A stretch of 64,000 nt of DNA, taken from NCBI GenBank assembly GCA_028277405.1, contig JANQGH010000078.1:31557-95556 (forward strand), given 5' to 3'. This DNA comes from Alphaproteobacteria bacterium (lineage in GTDB: Bacteria > Pseudomonadota > Alphaproteobacteria > DSM-16000 > Inquilinaceae). The position numbers and the translations under genes are program-made. Shown here in pieces: positions 52,055-61,696 of this stretch (position 1 is the stretch's first letter; each line of letters opens with the position of its first letter). The notes beneath the pieces are model-generated. The model worked only from the letters and a program-made list of their open reading frames with translations, had not been told where the DNA came from and made no database searches.

Positions 52055-53449
52055 GTGCCATTTTCAATCAATCGCCGACAGATCATCTTAAGCTCGTCCG
52101 CCATCGCCGCCAGCCTGGCGCTGCCCCGGATTGCCCTTGCCTCCGACGAAGGAGGGACAGCCACCGGCGTACGCTATGCGCGCAGAGACCAGATCAACAA
52201 TGGCGAGCCGATCCGGCTGGAGTATTGGGAATGGTCGGGCCAGCGGGCCGAATACCAGCGGGCTTGGGCCGAGGCCTATTCCGAGATGTACCCGAATGTC
52301 GAGATCGAGATCGTTCTTCAGCCCTGGGACAGCTACTGGCCGTCGCTGATCACCAACGTGCCGGCAGGCGCCGGGCCCGCGATGTGGCACATGCACGCCT
52401 CGAAAATGGTTGAGTTCTGTGACGGCAACTTGATGGACCCGATACCCGCCAGCGTCGCGGACGCGGATTACCTCAACCACCATTGGATCGGCTTTCCCGA
52501 AGGCGCAATGTCTTGTCCGGGCACGGGCAGCCTGCACACGGTACCGATGGGTGCGATGATGCCGTTGCTGTTCATCAATCTCGACAAGTGGCAGGCGGCG
52601 GGTCTGACCGAAGACGATATTCCGACCACCTGGGATCAACTGCGCGAGGTTGCCGCCCTGTTGACCGAGCGTGACGGCAGAAACCGCATCACTGTCGCGG
52701 GCCTGTCGATGGACGGGCAGGAATGGCTGCAGAACGCCGTCTATCAGCAGGGCCGCTATCTCTTCAATGCCGACGGCACCCAGGTGCAGGTGCAGAACCC
52801 CGAATATCGCGCAGCCCTGCAGTTCATTGCCGACCTGGTGCATACCGACGGCACGCTTGACAATGAAATCGCCTCACAACGCTACGACGGCTTCGCCGCC
52901 GGTCAGTCGGCGATGTATATCGGCTTTTCCTGGATCGCCGGTTTCCTGCGCGCGAACCGGCCGGACATGAATTGGGTGGCCGTTCTCTTGCCTACCCCTG
53001 ACGGGGACCTTGCGCCCGCCTACGGCAACATCCGGTTTGCCATCGAGGCCGTCGTCAACCCCTACACCGACGACACGACCAAGGAGGTCGCCTGGGACTT
53101 CTGGCACTTCAACTACAGCCGGGACGACGTCATCGTCGAGGACCTGGCGCTCTTCAACGGCTTCCTGCCGCCCTATGACCAGGTGCTGGGCGACCCAAGG
53201 GTCGAGGGCGACGTGCTGGCCTCAACCATGAGCCCGGCCGGCGGCTTCGGCATCATCAACGACCTGCCCAACGTCGTGCGCGACGAACAGTTGGAACTGG
53301 TCACGGCCGTCATCCTCGGCCAGGGCGATCTCGACACCCTGATGGCGGACAGCGAAAGGGCACAGAACGCCCTGCTGGCCGAACGGGACAACTGGAACAT
53401 CATCGAACGGAACTATGCCAACCATGCGATGATGATCGCGGATCAATAG
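52055..53449 (+). CDS. ABC sugar transporter substrate-binding protein (family 1)
   Basis: The GTG at 52055 lies 7 nt after GGAGG. A Tat-like signal ...INRRQIILSSSAIAASLALPRIALA is present. The tracked start at 52040 lies within the SD. Confidence 0.85.
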   Translation: MPFSINRRQIILSSSAIAASLALPRIALASDEGGTATGVRYARRDQINNGEPIRLEYWEWSGQRAEYQRAWAEAYSEMYPNVEIEIVLQPWDSYWPSLITNVPAGAGPAMWHMHASKMVEFCDGNLMDPIPASVADADYLNHHWIGFPEGAMSCPGTGSLHTVPMGAMMPLLFINLDKWQAAGLTEDDIPTTWDQLREVAALLTERDGRNRITVAGLSMDGQEWLQNAVYQQGRYLFNADGTQVQVQNPEYRAALQFIADLVHTDGTLDNEIASQRYDGFAAGQSAMYIGFSWIAGFLRANRPDMNWVAVLLPTPDGDLAPAYGNIRFAIEAVVNPYTDDTTKEVAWDFWHFNYSRDDVIVEDLALFNGFLPPYDQVLGDPRVEGDVLASTMSPAGGFGIINDLPNVVRDEQLELVTAVILGQGDLDTLMADSERAQNALLAERDNWNIIERNYANHAMMIADQ

Positions 53450-53459
53450 TTTCCTCCCT

Positions 53460-53495
53460 GCGGGCGGCGTGCTTCGGCGCGTCGCCCGCGCTTTT
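53460..53495 (+). terminator. Intrinsic-terminator-like hairpin (13-bp stem, UUCG loop, U-run) between SBP and permease genes
   Basis: GCGGGCGGCGTGC-TTCG-GCGCGTCGCCCGC gives 11 Watson-Crick and 2 G-U pairs, followed by GCTTTT. It starts 11 nt after the SBP stop. Confidence 0.65.
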
Positions 53496-54396
53496 GGCAG
53501 TCTCGATGACCTCACGAAACCTCTTCATTTACGGCGCACCCGTCCTGGCCGGCGGTTTCTTTCTCGTCTGGTACATCCTGCCGATCGGCTGGGTCGTCGG
53601 CATCTCGTTTTGGGATTACTCGCCGATCGGCAGCAACAACGCGCCAGCAGGTCTCGACAACTTCCGCGAAGCGCTGTTCGAGGACCACGTGTTTTGGGCT
53701 GCGGTGCGCAACACGGTCTATTTCACGTTCGGCAATGTCGTGCTCGGCACCATCCTGGCCCTGTTCATCGCCAACGGCCTGGCAAGACTGAAGCTCGTTC
53801 GGCGCTTTGCCCAGACCGCCTATTTCATGCCGACCTTGTTTTCCGTCGTCGCCGCCGCCGTGGTCTGGGAGGAGATCTTCCAGCCCCGCTTCGGCATCCT
53901 GAACAATGGCCTCTACTACATCACCGACCTCCTTGGCCTGCCCCCGTTCCCCGAGATCGGCTGGACCACCACGACCGAATGGTCCATGCCCACCGTGATC
54001 CTTTTCGGGCTTTGGAAGTTTCTCGGCATCCGGATCATCATCCTGCTGGCAGCGATCGAAGCCGTGCCCAGGGACCTCTACGAGGCCGCCTCGATCGAGG
54101 GCGGCAGCCGTTGGCAGCAATTCCGCTACATCACCATCCCGATGATCAAGCCCGCGATCTGGTTCGTCGTCATCGCCGGGGTCATCAACTCGTTCCAGGT
54201 CTTCGAGCCGATGTATGTGATCACCGACGGCGGGCCGCTGCGCTCGACGATCTCGATCGTGATGCTGATCACCGAGACCGCGTTCGAACGGCAGCGGTTC
54301 GGTTATTCGGCCTCGATCTCGGTCATGCTGTTTTTGACCATACTGGCCGTCACAGCCGTTCTCTTCTGGCTCCGCAGCCGCTCGGACGAAATCTGA
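53494..54396 (+). CDS. ABC sugar transporter permease (MalF-like)
   Basis: 300-aa polytopic ORF with EAA loop ...LYEAASIEGGSRWQQFRYITIP.... The start is TTG at 53494 or ATG at 53506. Confidence 0.85.
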   Translation: MAVSMTSRNLFIYGAPVLAGGFFLVWYILPIGWVVGISFWDYSPIGSNNAPAGLDNFREALFEDHVFWAAVRNTVYFTFGNVVLGTILALFIANGLARLKLVRRFAQTAYFMPTLFSVVAAAVVWEEIFQPRFGILNNGLYYITDLLGLPPFPEIGWTTTTEWSMPTVILFGLWKFLGIRIIILLAAIEAVPRDLYEAASIEGGSRWQQFRYITIPMIKPAIWFVVIAGVINSFQVFEPMYVITDGGPLRSTISIVMLITETAFERQRFGYSASISVMLFLTILAVTAVLFWLRSRSDEI

Positions 54397-55223
54397 TGGA
54401 CCGGGTGTTCCGCCAAAGCGCTTGGGCAAGCCTGGTCTTGTGGGCCGGCGCGCTGGTCATGCTGTTCCCGGCTGTCTGGATGGTGCTGTCGGCTTTCAAA
54501 TCGCCGCAAGAGCTGTTGGACTATCCGCCGACCTTCCTGCCCCAGGCCTGGTCATTCGAGTACATTCAGTACATTTGGACGGAGCGGAATTTCGGCCGGA
54601 TGATGCTAAATTCGGTCTTCGTCTCGACCACGGTCACGCTGCTGACGGTCCTTTCCAGCGCGTACATCGCCCACGTCTTCCGCGAATTCCGCTTTCCGCT
54701 GCGCCGGCCGTTGTTCTATCTGATCATCGCCACCACGATGATACCGCTGCCGGTGCTGGTGCTGCCGCATTTCCAGATCGTCTACTGGTTCGGCTGGCTG
54801 AACACCTATCAGGCCCTGATCCTGCCCTACGCCCTTTGGGGCTTCGGCGTCTTTTTGATCTACCAATTCCTGGCGGGCTTTCCGCGCGACCTGATCGAGG
54901 CCGCGCGGATCGAGGGGGCGAGCGAACGGCAGATCTTCCAGTACATCGTCCTGCCCCTGATCAAGAGCCCCTGCGTCGCGCTGGGCATCATAACCTTCCT
55001 GCACCAGTGGGAATCGCTGCTCTGGCCCCTGATCGCCGCCAACTCGCCCGATATGCAGTTGCTGCCGGCGGGGCTTGCCGCCCTGTCCAACAATGCCATC
55101 GAGTCCGCGGATCTGTTCAACCCCTACTCCGCCGCGCTGATCGCCGCGTTCCCGCTCCTTGTCGCCTTTCTGATCTTCCAAAGGATGATCGTGAAGGGCA
55201 TCGCCATGACGGGCATCAAATGA
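54396..55223 (+). CDS. ABC sugar transporter permease (MalG-like)
   Basis: The ATG at 54396 overlaps the previous stop (ATGA), giving MDRVFRQSAWASLVLWAG.... The EAA loop is ...LIEAARIEGASERQIFQYIVLP.... Confidence 0.85.
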   Translation: MDRVFRQSAWASLVLWAGALVMLFPAVWMVLSAFKSPQELLDYPPTFLPQAWSFEYIQYIWTERNFGRMMLNSVFVSTTVTLLTVLSSAYIAHVFREFRFPLRRPLFYLIIATTMIPLPVLVLPHFQIVYWFGWLNTYQALILPYALWGFGVFLIYQFLAGFPRDLIEAARIEGASERQIFQYIVLPLIKSPCVALGIITFLHQWESLLWPLIAANSPDMQLLPAGLAALSNNAIESADLFNPYSAALIAAFPLLVAFLIFQRMIVKGIAMTGIK

Positions 55224-56728
55224 CCCGCCGGCCCAACATTCTGATCGTCTGCACCGATCAGCAACGGACCGACACGCTGTCCTGCTACGGCGCCCGCCAC
55301 ATCGACACGCCAGGTTTCGATCGGATCGCCAGGGAAGGGGTTCGATTCACGCGTGCCTACGCGCCGTCCGCCGTCTGTACGCCAAGCCGCGTATCGCTGT
55401 TGTCCGGGCAATATGCCGGGCGGCACAAGGTATGGAGCATCGGCGTGAACACGGGCGACGACGTGCGCATGATGCAGCATGATCTGGCGGCGGACGGGTA
55501 CCGCACGGCCCTCATCGGCAAGGCGCATTTGGAGGCCTACCAGGTCCCGCCAGAGCAAAGCCGGGAGTCAGTTGCCGGTTTCGAGAGGGGCTATGGTGAC
55601 TGGTCTGGCCCCTATTACGGGTTTCAACAGGTCCAGCTTGCTTTGGGTCATGTGAACTACGGCATGACGGGGCATTACGGCGCCTGGCTGCGCGAACGGT
55701 TCACCGAAGCGGAGATCGAGGGGTTCAAGCACCTGATCCCTCGCTCGAACACACCGTCATTCGGTGGCGAAGGCTATGATTGGGACCTGCCCGTGGCCGC
55801 GCACAATTCCGTCTGGGCCGCCGATCGCGCGGTCGACTATATCGGCCGCCAAGACGGTACTGCCCCGTTTTTCCTGTTCGTCAGCTTCCAGGATCCGCAC
55901 CACCCCCACGCGCTGCCGAGGGATTACGCGAACCGAATACGGCCGGATGCCATTCCGCAGCCCAGGTACAGCGAGGGAGAGCTTGACGACCGGCCGGAGC
56001 ATTTTCGGCTTGCCCGCGAGGGCCGCTTGCAAGGATCTCGTTACGTCGGCAGTTCCTGGCCAATGTCGGGGCAGGGTCACGGTGCCGACTTCCGTCAAGT
56101 CAGCCGGAGCGCCGCTGTGGACGGGCGCCGCCAGTACTACGGGATGGCCGCGTTGATCGACGACCAACTCCCGCGAATCTGGGCCGCGCTGGAGGCCGCC
56201 GGCCTCTACGACGATACGCTCATCATCGTCACGTCAGACCACGGCGAACTTCTGGGCGACCACGGATTGTGGATGAAGGGGCCGTTTCATTATGAAGAAG
56301 TCATCCGGGTGCCCCTCTTGATGAAGCCCCCTGCCGACATGTGCTCGCTGTCGTATGAACGTGGCTGGGATGAGCCCGTTTCCCTGGTCGACATTTGCCC
56401 GACCTGTCTCCACGTCGCCGGCATTGCCGGGCCACCCGAACTGGATGGCGTTTCGCTTCTGCACCCCGAAAGGAACCGCCGTGTTCTTGTCGAAACGGTC
56501 CAGGAATGGCACGCGCTGTCTTGTCTCTCGATCATCGAGTCCCAGCACAAGTTCACCTGCTATCCAGAAGAAAACTTCGGCGAACTGACGGACTTTGATC
56601 GAGACCCATTCGAGCAGACGAACCGGTTTGCAGCCGAGCCTGAGACGCGCAGCGAAATGCTTCAAGCGCTCATGTCGTTGCAATACGGTTTCAACAGGTC
56701 GCCAAAAACCCGCATCGGATATGCATAG
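55220..56728 (+). CDS. Cys-type sulfatase (arylsulfatase family), cytoplasmic
   Basis: The ATG at 55220 overlaps the permease stop (ATGA). The N-terminus is NILIVCTDQQRTD, and the formylglycine motif is CTPSRVSLLSGQ. Also present: ...VTSDHGELLGDHGLWMKG.... There is no signal peptide. Confidence 0.9.
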   Translation: MTRRPNILIVCTDQQRTDTLSCYGARHIDTPGFDRIAREGVRFTRAYAPSAVCTPSRVSLLSGQYAGRHKVWSIGVNTGDDVRMMQHDLAADGYRTALIGKAHLEAYQVPPEQSRESVAGFERGYGDWSGPYYGFQQVQLALGHVNYGMTGHYGAWLRERFTEAEIEGFKHLIPRSNTPSFGGEGYDWDLPVAAHNSVWAADRAVDYIGRQDGTAPFFLFVSFQDPHHPHALPRDYANRIRPDAIPQPRYSEGELDDRPEHFRLAREGRLQGSRYVGSSWPMSGQGHGADFRQVSRSAAVDGRRQYYGMAALIDDQLPRIWAALEAAGLYDDTLIIVTSDHGELLGDHGLWMKGPFHYEEVIRVPLLMKPPADMCSLSYERGWDEPVSLVDICPTCLHVAGIAGPPELDGVSLLHPERNRRVLVETVQEWHALSCLSIIESQHKFTCYPEENFGELTDFDRDPFEQTNRFAAEPETRSEMLQALMSLQYGFNRSPKTRIGYA

Positions 56729-56845
56729 AGCCATTTGGAGATGACCGATCGACTGCCCTCCTTACCCGATGTGAAGTCATCGGTGCCAACGGGTGGCTCT
56801 CATACGGAGTGAAGGGCAGTTTGACGGCCGTCGATCTGGCGCACG

Positions 56846-57040
56846 TCAGTGTATGTGCGTGTCGTGGATCTCGGCCAGCACGTCAGGACGGATGAGCGCC
56901 TCCGGCGGACCCCGATGGATCAGCCTGCCGTCGCACAGCGCCACGATGCGGTCGGCGTAGCGCCATCGACAGGGATCAAACGGGTTGAGTGGTCGCGTCG
57001 GACGGTCCGGGTCAACCACGGAACGGCCTGGCGTCGGCAC
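56846..57040 (-). pseudogene. Remnant of an ABC ATPase 3' end (iron-siderophore/haem FecE/HmuV-like C-terminus)
   Basis: ...RYADRIVALCDGRLIHRGPPEALIRPDVLAEIHDTHIH resembles the C-terminal ~40 aa of FecE/HmuV-type ATPases. No Walker motifs lie upstream in any frame. Confidence 0.45.
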
Positions 57041-57058
57041 GCATGTCTTGATCCGCCG

Positions 57059-58024
57059 TCAAAGGCCTCGTGAGCCCTCCAGGTGAATGCAAGCGGCCTT
57101 GTGGCCATTGGCCGAAACGGCCGTCATCGGCGGGCTGACCGAAGCGCATTCCGATGTCGCGATGGGACAGCGTGTTCGAAAGACACACCCCGAAGGTGGG
57201 GCCATCGGGCTGGGAATGTCGCCCTCAAGCCCGATCCGCGGCGCCGTCCTCGGAGTCAGGCGGGGTACCGACGACAGCAGCGCCTTGGTATAGGGGTGGC
57301 TGGGTCGGTCATAGATGTCGCGCCGCGAGCCGATCTCCATCACCTTGCCGAGATACATGACCACGACCCGGTCGCACAGATGTTCGACGACGGCGAGATC
57401 GTGGGCGATGAACAGCATGGTCAGGCCCAACTCGTGCTGCAGGTCCTGGATCAAGTTGACAATCTGCGCCTGCACCGAAACGTCGAGCGCCGATACGGGC
57501 TCGTCCGCGATAATGAAGTCAGGTTCGATTGCCAAGGCGCGCGCGATACCGATACGCTGGCGCTGGCCGCCCGAAAACTCGTGGGGGTAAAGGCGGGCCG
57601 CATCGTCGGGAAGGCCCACCTGCGCCAGAAGAGATTGAACCCGGTCGGCCCTGTCCCGCCGGCTGCCGATGTTCTGAATCGCCAGCCCCTCCGCGATGGT
57701 CGCGCCGACTTTCTTCCGGGGATTGAGAGACGCGTAAGGGTCCTGGAAGATATACTGCATCCGCCGGCGCCATGGCCGGAACTCACGTTCGGAGAGATGG
57801 GAAAGCGGGACACCGTCAAACAGGATTTCGCCCGACGTCGGTTTCTGAAGGCGCAGGATCGACAGGCCGACGGTGCTCTTCCCCGAACCGCTTTCCCCCA
57901 CCAGGCCCATGACCTCGCCGCGACGGATGTCAAAACTGACATCGTCGACGGCCTTGACAACGGCGCGCCGGCCATGGGGGAAGTGGGTGCGCAGCGACCG
58001 GACGGATACGAGCGGGTTGGACAC
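57059..58024 (-). CDS. Peptide-type ABC ATPase (DppF/OppF-like)
   Basis: Walker [10 protein letters not shown] and signature FSGGQRQRI are present. The C-terminal oligopeptide-ATPase extension has ...SHPYTKALL...CVFRTRCP.... The GTG start directly follows the upstream stop. Confidence 0.9.
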   Translation of the reverse strand: MSNPLVSVRSLRTHFPHGRRAVVKAVDDVSFDIRRGEVMGLVGESGSGKSTVGLSILRLQKPTSGEILFDGVPLSHLSEREFRPWRRRMQYIFQDPYASLNPRKKVGATIAEGLAIQNIGSRRDRADRVQSLLAQVGLPDDAARLYPHEFSGGQRQRIGIARALAIEPDFIIADEPVSALDVSVQAQIVNLIQDLQHELGLTMLFIAHDLAVVEHLCDRVVVMYLGKVMEIGSRRDIYDRPSHPYTKALLSSVPRLTPRTAPRIGLEGDIPSPMAPPSGCVFRTRCPIATSECASVSPPMTAVSANGHKAACIHLEGSRGL

Positions 58025-59044
58025 TCAAATCTCCCGACTGCGCAGGCAGCGTCCGGGATGACCCTCGCCCCGGTCCATCAGGGCGGGGGGTGCGACGCGG
58101 CAGGCGTCGCGAACATGCGCGCATCGCGGCGCGAACAAGCATCCGGCCGGACGGGCCCTCGGCGGCGGTATGTTGCCGGGAATGGCGCGCAGCCGGCCCT
58201 CGGTGGCCCCCGGCACGCTGCCCAGCAAGCCCCTTGTGTAGGGGTGGCAGGGGCTGTCCAAGACAGCGCGCACCGGCCCCTCCTCCACGACGCTGCCGCT
58301 GTACATGACGACGACGCGGTCAGCGATCTCCGACACCACGGCAAGGTCGTGGGTGACGAACAGGATCGACATGCCCAACTCCGTCTTCAGCCGGTCAAGC
58401 AGGGCCAGGATCTGCGCCTGAATGGTGACGTCGAGCGCGGTTGTCGGCTCGTCCGCGATCAGGAGCTGCGGCCGGCAGGCAAGGGCGATGGCGATCATCA
58501 CACGCTGGCGCATGCCGCCCGACATTTGATGAGGGAACTGGTCGAAACGTTCTTCGGGCGCGGGAATGCCCACCAGACGGAGCAGCCCGATCGCGTCGGC
58601 CCGAGCCGTCTGGCGGTCCAGGCGGCGATGCTGGTGCAACCCTTCGGTGATCTGATCGCCCGCTGTCAGAACGGGATTGAGTGACGTCATCGGTTCCTGG
58701 AATATCATCCCGATCTCGTTGCCGCGGATCTTGCGCATCTGCTTTTCCGACAAGAGCGCAAGATCCACCACCGACCCGTCGCGTCGCCTGAAGACCAGCG
58801 ATCCGGAGTCGATCCGGGCGTTGTTCGCCAACAGGCGCATGATCGACAGGCTGGTCACGCTCTTGCCCGACCCGCTTTCACCGACAACGGCGACTGTCTC
58901 GCAGCTTCCGACGGTCACGCTGAGATCGTCGACCGCGCGGGCGGGTCCGCGCTCGGTATGGAAGGTTGCCGTCAGGCCGGTCACCGTCAGGACTGGCGAG
59001 CCGCCGTCATGCACCTGAAGCGCCCCGCTTGCCGCTGATCGCAC
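58025..59044 (-). CDS. Peptide-type ABC ATPase (DppD/OppD-like)
   Basis: Walker [10 protein letters not shown], signature MSGGMRQRV and ...CHPYTRGLL...CLFAPRC... are present. The start is uncertain: ATG at 59044 or GTG at 59014. Both overlap the upstream gene. Confidence 0.9.
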   Translation of the reverse strand: MRSAASGALQVHDGGSPVLTVTGLTATFHTERGPARAVDDLSVTVGSCETVAVVGESGSGKSVTSLSIMRLLANNARIDSGSLVFRRRDGSVVDLALLSEKQMRKIRGNEIGMIFQEPMTSLNPVLTAGDQITEGLHQHRRLDRQTARADAIGLLRLVGIPAPEERFDQFPHQMSGGMRQRVMIAIALACRPQLLIADEPTTALDVTIQAQILALLDRLKTELGMSILFVTHDLAVVSEIADRVVVMYSGSVVEEGPVRAVLDSPCHPYTRGLLGSVPGATEGRLRAIPGNIPPPRARPAGCLFAPRCAHVRDACRVAPPALMDRGEGHPGRCLRSREI

Positions 59045-60443
59045 GAGGCCGCCAGGTGAATGCGGTGTCGAACGGATAGGTCGGAACCGTCTTGCGCCGC
59101 CGCGTCAGCCGCGCGACATCCTGATCCACGACGCCTGGAGACAGAACCATCAGGCTGGGGTTCGCGATCGGCGCCAGCTCGGGCGACAGATAGCCCGACT
59201 TCACCGCCACGATACCGGCCTTGCGCGGATCCAGCCCCAGCGCGCTGAAATCGGCAATGTCATGGTAGGGGCGGCGATGGCTGGAAAGCACCACGGTGAC
59301 ACCGCCGATACCGATCACGGCCTGCCGCCGTGCCCCGGAACCATCCAGGCGCAGCACCTCGGCCCTGGCGCGGACCGGCACCGACGCCGGATCGAGCGTG
59401 CCGCCGATGGTCAGATCCACGGTTGCGCCGGCGCCGGCCGCAAAGCACGCGTCAACGGCCGGGCGGTCACAGATGCCGGCGAAAACCGTATCGGGCGCGT
59501 TCTGCGCGATCAGTTCCGCCAGCAACTCCGCCCGATCGCCCACCCCGCCACCGGTCGGATTGTCGCCGCTCTCGGCAAGGATCACGGGTGAGGTGGTCGC
59601 CGCGACGGCGCGTGCGACACACTCGCGAACCGTACCGGTTTCGGAACCGAATGCGAATTCGTGTCGGGCATCCCAATAGGCCTGCGCAATCTTCTCCGCG
59701 GCATTCGTACACGCTTCGACGTCCGTCCCGGTCATGACCGCAGCGGCGGTCGCGCGCGGCTCGTCCGCCCAGACATAGCCCACCTGCAGCGAGGCATCCC
59801 AGATGCCGTCCTCGGCATCGATCCCCGGCAGACGGGCATAGAGGGATTTGGCTGGTTCGTCTTCCGTCGAGGTCCGCTCGCCGGGCAGCAGGACCGGCAC
59901 GGGAACCCAGCGAATGACAGGCCGCACGCTCGTTTGGAGGCAGCGCATCAGCATGTCAAGCGTTCGCGCCTGGGTCTCCGGGATGTCGATATGGGGCGCT
60001 GTCCGATAGGTCGAGAAAACGTCGATCGCATCGATCACGCGCTGCGACAGGTTGCCGTGCAGATCATAGCTGACGCCGATGATGCAGTCCTCGCCGACCA
60101 CCTCTCGCGCGGCCGAAATCCAGTCGCCCTCGGCATCCTCCATGCCCTCCACGAAGACGGCACCATGCATCGCAAGATAAAGCCCTTGCACCGGACAGGC
60201 CGCGCGAAGCCGGTCGAGAAACTCGGTCTTGAAGGCCTCGTAGGTTTCGCGCCGGATCGGACCGCCCGCGATGTTGCGGGCATAAAAGGTCGGGCACCAG
60301 GTGGCAGGCCGACCTTTCAGCACGTCGAAATAAGGCTGGGTGATCATGGTGTCACCCCGCCAGATCGTGAAATCCGCCTCGGTCATCAGCACGGGATTGT
60401 ATGTGCTGCACTCCGTATGGAGGCCGCCGACCGCTACTTTCAT
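59007..60443 (-). CDS. M81-family metallopeptidase (MlrC / microcystinase C-like)
   Basis: 478 aa. The N-terminus MKVAVGGLHTECSTYNP... and the overall two-domain length fit the MlrC family (DUF1485 plus MlrC_C). Confidence 0.8.
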   Translation of the reverse strand: MKVAVGGLHTECSTYNPVLMTEADFTIWRGDTMITQPYFDVLKGRPATWCPTFYARNIAGGPIRRETYEAFKTEFLDRLRAACPVQGLYLAMHGAVFVEGMEDAEGDWISAAREVVGEDCIIGVSYDLHGNLSQRVIDAIDVFSTYRTAPHIDIPETQARTLDMLMRCLQTSVRPVIRWVPVPVLLPGERTSTEDEPAKSLYARLPGIDAEDGIWDASLQVGYVWADEPRATAAAVMTGTDVEACTNAAEKIAQAYWDARHEFAFGSETGTVRECVARAVAATTSPVILAESGDNPTGGGVGDRAELLAELIAQNAPDTVFAGICDRPAVDACFAAGAGATVDLTIGGTLDPASVPVRARAEVLRLDGSGARRQAVIGIGGVTVVLSSHRRPYHDIADFSALGLDPRKAGIVAVKSGYLSPELAPIANPSLMVLSPGVVDQDVARLTRRRKTVPTYPFDTAFTWRPRAISGKRGASGA

Positions 60444-61609
60444 GCCTTGAACCTTTCCACGGGATCGGGGGCGAGCAGGAACCGATGGGCCGCAATCGAT
60501 GCCGCACCGACCGCATGCGCACCGGGAGGGGGTCGGGATATGTCAAGCAGAGTTCGGCTGCGCATCTGCGGCAGAACGTTCGCATTGACGGATTGCCGCA
60601 GCGTGGTGGCGAACAGGCCATCGACCGGTTCCGCCGAAATGCGCACCAGCACCTGTTCGGGGTTCACGATCTGGATGACATGCGCCACGACAAGGCCCAG
60701 GGCCTCGCCGGCGTTGTGGAGAATCGCGACGGCATCGGCATTGCCACGGGCCGCTTCCCGCTCCAGCGCATCGAAATCATGATCGACGAATCCGGCCTGC
60801 CGAGCCGCTATCCTGATGGCGCGCAGGCTTGCAATCGTATCGAGACAGCCGCGCTTGCCGCATTGGCACGGCGTACCGTTCGGCGCCACCGTGACATGGG
60901 CGACCTCGCCCGCGCCCCCTGAATGACCGCGAATGAGGTCCCGCCCGACGAAGACGGCGCCGCCGATCCCGTCGCCCATATCAATCAGCACGAATGACGA
61001 GGCGTCGGACGCGGCCCCGAACAGCTTCTCGCTCATCGCCAGGGAGTTGGCGTCGTTTTCGACATGCACGGGAAGGCCGAGATGGGCGGCGGCATCGCGC
61101 CCCAAAGGTTCGTTTTCCCACCCCATCAATGTCGACCGGATGCATGTGTCTTGCGCCGCGTTGACGACCCCGGTCAACGAGATGCCGACCCCGTGCAGGC
61201 TATCGCGATCAATGCCCGTGGCCTTCAGCAAATCGTCTATCGCCTTCTCTAGCAGCGGAGGAACTTCGGCAGGATCGGTAACGACCGCCAACTGCGCCGT
61301 TCCCACGATCTTGCCAAGCGCGTCGCAAAGCACGAGCCGCGAACGGTGAGGCTGCAGCGACAAGCCGGCAAACCAGCTCGTGCCGGCGCCGAGCGCCAAT
61401 CGCACCGACGGCCGGCCCGCGCCGCGCCGCGTGTCGGCCTCAAGCAGTAAGCCTTGGGCGATCAGTTCACGCGCGGCGGTGGTGACCGTCGCCTTGGACA
61501 TCCCCGTGGTTTCGGCGATCTCGGTACGGCTCAGGGGGCCGGCCTCGGAAACCGCCCAAAGGATCCGCCGATGCTGTGGAAGGGGCAACTTCATAAAGGT
61601 TTCGGTCAA
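60440..61609 (-). CDS. ROK-family transcriptional regulator (NagC/Mlc-like)
   Basis: The N-terminal wHTH (...ILWAVSEAGPLSRTEIAETTGMSKATVTTAARELIAQGLL...) is followed by a ROK sugar-kinase-like fold with the Zn motif ...PCQCGKRGCLD.... The stop overlaps the MlrC-like start (ATGA). The start is TTG at 61609 or ATG at 61594. Confidence 0.85.
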   Translation of the reverse strand: MTETFMKLPLPQHRRILWAVSEAGPLSRTEIAETTGMSKATVTTAARELIAQGLLLEADTRRGAGRPSVRLALGAGTSWFAGLSLQPHRSRLVLCDALGKIVGTAQLAVVTDPAEVPPLLEKAIDDLLKATGIDRDSLHGVGISLTGVVNAAQDTCIRSTLMGWENEPLGRDAAAHLGLPVHVENDANSLAMSEKLFGAASDASSFVLIDMGDGIGGAVFVGRDLIRGHSGGAGEVAHVTVAPNGTPCQCGKRGCLDTIASLRAIRIAARQAGFVDHDFDALEREAARGNADAVAILHNAGEALGLVVAHVIQIVNPEQVLVRISAEPVDGLFATTLRQSVNANVLPQMRSRTLLDISRPPPGAHAVGAASIAAHRFLLAPDPVERFKA

Positions 61610-61696
61610 CGCTCCTTAAGAAAGGCCCACCCGTGAGCCGGCACCGCAAACATCGCGATACTCTCTTGACTTTGTTATCTCGCGTGGATCAAAAAG

